A stretch of DNA of 59,463 bases, the filler included. It is 6 parts of 6 records of this genome, joined end to end, with 100 filler letters (N's around TTAATTAATTAA, not from the genome) between each part and the next. Parts side by side here need not be neighbours in the genome. Positions count along the whole stretch, not along the records: positions 52,119 to 59,463 come from SRR31156797_20128; 5 more parts are not named here. One strand, 5' to 3'. Positions 57,017-59,463 of this stretch are shown here, one piece after another. Made by a program: the position numbers and the translations under genes. The notes below the pieces were generated by a model. It made no database searches. It worked only from the letters and a program-made list of their open reading frames with translations, and was not told where the DNA came from. Positions within the stretch are counted from its first letter, which is position 1; the number at the start of each line of letters is the position of its first letter.

Positions 57017-58405
57017 TCAAGACTTCTTAGAAGTCCGGGAAATGTTGACCTGCTTGCCTCTCGCGACACCGAGGTCACCATCTTTTACATTCTTAGTTAT
57101 TGTGGAACCGGCTCCGATCAAAGCACCTTTGCCGATAGTTACCGGAGCCACCAATGCAGTGTTGCTGCCGATGAACGCACCTTCGCCGATAATGGTTTTA
57201 TGCTTGTTCACCCCATCGTAATTGCAGGTGATGGTGCCTGCGCCAATGTTGGTGCCTGCACCGATTTCGCTGTCACCGAGATAGGTCAGATGGCTGGCTT
57301 TGGCACCTTTGCCGAGCACGGCCTTTTTCACTTCAACGAAGTTACCAACCTTTGCTTCTTCTTCAAGAACCGCACCGGGACGCAGGCGTCCGTAAGGACC
57401 GACCATACATCCGTGACCGACCTGAGCTTCCTCAAGATGGCTGTATGCCTTGATCGTCGCACCGGATTCAACAACGCTGTCCACAATACGCACGTGGGAC
57501 TGGAGCACCGCTCCACGACCAATCTTTGAAGATCCGTAAATCTCGCAAGGACCGGTAATTTCAGCACCTGGCTCAACTTCAACACCGGGGCCGACCACAA
57601 CAGTTTCCCAATTGTGCAAAGTAACCCCGCTTTTGAGCAGCTTTTCAGCGGTCCGCAAACGCAGGGCGGACTCAGCCTGAGCAAGCTCCAAAGGACTGTT
57701 GATCCCCATGAGATCAATGGAGTTTCCAGCATTCACTGCGGTGACGTTCATGCCACATTCCACAGCAAGGTCAACAAGATCAGTAATATAATATTCCCCA
57801 CTCTTATTATTGTTGGTCAACTTACTAAGCAAGCTGTCCACAGCAGAGATTTTGAGGCAATAGATCCCGGCATTGACTTCGCCGCTCACCGGACCATGTA
57901 CAGCCTCATCATAATCCTTGGCTTCAACAATGGCGGTAACCTGACCGTCTTCATCGCGGGTGACCCGGCCGAATGCAGCAGGATCATCAGGGGTGATGCT
58001 CATAAATGAAAGCGCAGAACCATCATTTTTAACGGCTCCAAGAAAATCGGCCACAACCTGTTCCTGAATCAACGGAGTATCACCATTAATTACCAGACAG
58101 TATTCAACTCCGGCTCCCTTGATACGGTCCCAGCCCATCTGCAAGGCATGTCCGGTTCCAAGCTGTTCCGCCTGAAGCACGAAACGGTCTTTCATGTCCG
58201 GAAACGCTTCTTCCACCTGTCCGGCTTCAAAACCGACAATGGTAAAAATTTCATTTCCAAGCGCGGGTTTCAGTGCTTTATATACATAGTAGAGCATGGA
58301 CTCACCGAGCAAGGTTTTAAGAACCTTGGGGCTGTCCGAATGCATGCGGGTGCCCTTTCCTCCAGCGAGAACCAGGGCGCAGGCAAATGAATTATCCATA
58401 ATCAA
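57017..58405 (-). CDS. glmU: Bifunctional UDP-GlcNAc pyrophosphorylase / glucosamine-1-phosphate acetyltransferase
   Basis: LAGGKGTRM, QLGTGHA, GEYYITD, GNFVEVK, HLTYLGD, CNYDG; start may be 58399. Confidence 0.97.
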   Translation of the reverse strand: MIMDNSFACALVLAGGKGTRMHSDSPKVLKTLLGESMLYYVYKALKPALGNEIFTIVGFEAGQVEEAFPDMKDRFVLQAEQLGTGHALQMGWDRIKGAGVEYCLVINGDTPLIQEQVVADFLGAVKNDGSALSFMSITPDDPAAFGRVTRDEDGQVTAIVEAKDYDEAVHGPVSGEVNAGIYCLKISAVDSLLSKLTNNNKSGEYYITDLVDLAVECGMNVTAVNAGNSIDLMGINSPLELAQAESALRLRTAEKLLKSGVTLHNWETVVVGPGVEVEPGAEITGPCEIYGSSKIGRGAVLQSHVRIVDSVVESGATIKAYSHLEEAQVGHGCMVGPYGRLRPGAVLEEEAKVGNFVEVKKAVLGKGAKASHLTYLGDSEIGAGTNIGAGTITCNYDGVNKHKTIIGEGAFIGSNTALVAPVTIGKGALIGAGSTITKNVKDGDLGVARGKQVNISRTSKKS

Positions 58406-58529
58406 TTACTCTCCAATATTATTTGCTCGCCACTTGTTAACAGGTTGCCCGACTTGCGTAAATACGTAATAAAATTTTGCTGAATTTAATTTTTTCCCAA
58501 ATTTCAATAAGATAACTAAATAATCAAAT

Positions 58530-58566
58530 AAAAAAAAGGAGCAGACTGTTTAAACAGTCTGCTCCC
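58530..58566 (-). terminator. Terminator after the atp operon
   Basis: GGAGCAGACTGTT-TA-AACAGTCTGCTCC followed by a T-run on the minus strand. Confidence 0.9.
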
Positions 58567-58602
58567 TGATAGCCATGGGGCTTTTGAGGCTGAAACTAAG
58601 CT

Positions 58603-59031
58603 CTAGTGAGTGGTAGTCCCGGCCTTCTGAGCCGCATCTTTGCAGCTGAGTCGTGCAAGTGCTCTCTGGAGAGCGGCCTGCGCGCGAGCGGATTCGATAC
58701 GATCCTGTGCTTTAGCCAAACGAGCCTTCGCTTTATCCTGAGCTTTTTGAGCCCGAGCGATGTCGATCTCAACGGCCTTTTCAGCAACTTCAGCGAGAAT
58801 GGTCACTTTATTGCTTCCGACTTCAGCAAAGCCGCCGGAAACAAAAATGTAGTGAGTGCGGTTACCTTCTTTAAAGTAGAGGTTACCTACGCCGAGAGCC
58901 GAAAGAAAGGGTATGTGATTGGCCATAATACCAAACTCACCCTCAATTCCCGGTGCGCCGACATAGTCGACTTCCTGGGAAAGGACCTTGCGATCAGGAG
59001 TAACGATTTCCAAAAGGAGCTTACTAGCCAT
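58603..59031 (-). CDS. atpC: F0F1 ATP synthase epsilon subunit
   Basis: [25 protein letters not shown]-terminal helices. Confidence 0.96.
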   Translation of the reverse strand: MASKLLLEIVTPDRKVLSQEVDYVGAPGIEGEFGIMANHIPFLSALGVGNLYFKEGNRTHYIFVSGGFAEVGSNKVTILAEVAEKAVEIDIARAQKAQDKAKARLAKAQDRIESARAQAALQRALARLSCKDAAQKAGTTTH

Positions 59032-59045
59032 AATCGCGTCCTATG

Positions 59046-59463
<418 letters not shown>

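Overview
This window is not one locus. It is six unrelated contigs joined by five identical 100-nt artificial linkers (N-run + TTAATTAATTAA + N-run), so nothing can be inferred across junctions; taxonomic labels below are inferred from gene content, signal motifs and base composition. (1) 1-8188, Desulfobacterota-like: a split LysO-type exporter pair and a dense cluster of two-component, HD-GYP and HDOD signalling genes. (2) 8289-21599, AT-rich, Campylobacterota-like: dnaE, metY-metX-xseB, then an accessory c-di-GMP region with a coupled TonB-dependent receptor / YfiR-like protein / diguanylate cyclase operon and a stand-alone Rep_3-like winged-helix gene. (3) 21700-27337, spirochaete-like: myo-inositol ABC uptake and catabolism with a FadR regulator. 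(4) 27438-43397, Bacteroidota core genes from a tRNA-fMet fragment through dxr, rseP, rnr, metA, gcvH, glgB, a sigma54 activator, lptE, secG to groES/groEL. (5) 43498-52018, Bacteroidota phosphate locus: PhoBR-like pair, PiT transporter, TonB-dependent receptor and a repeat lipoprotein, with Pho-box-like arrays. (6) 52119-59463, Desulfovibrionaceae-like: atpD-atpC-glmU-zapB-zapA-6S RNA-rny-ymdB-tyrS. The best candidates for under-described systems are the receptor/YfiR-like/cyclase trans-envelope operon, the leaderless orphan Rep_3-WH1 gene, a sensor-less sigma54 activator near a sigma54-like groES promoter, the Pho-box-linked receptor/lipoprotein pair and a structured leader upstream of the lysO-like genes. 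I saw no CRISPR array, rRNA, transposase, integrase or reverse transcriptase.
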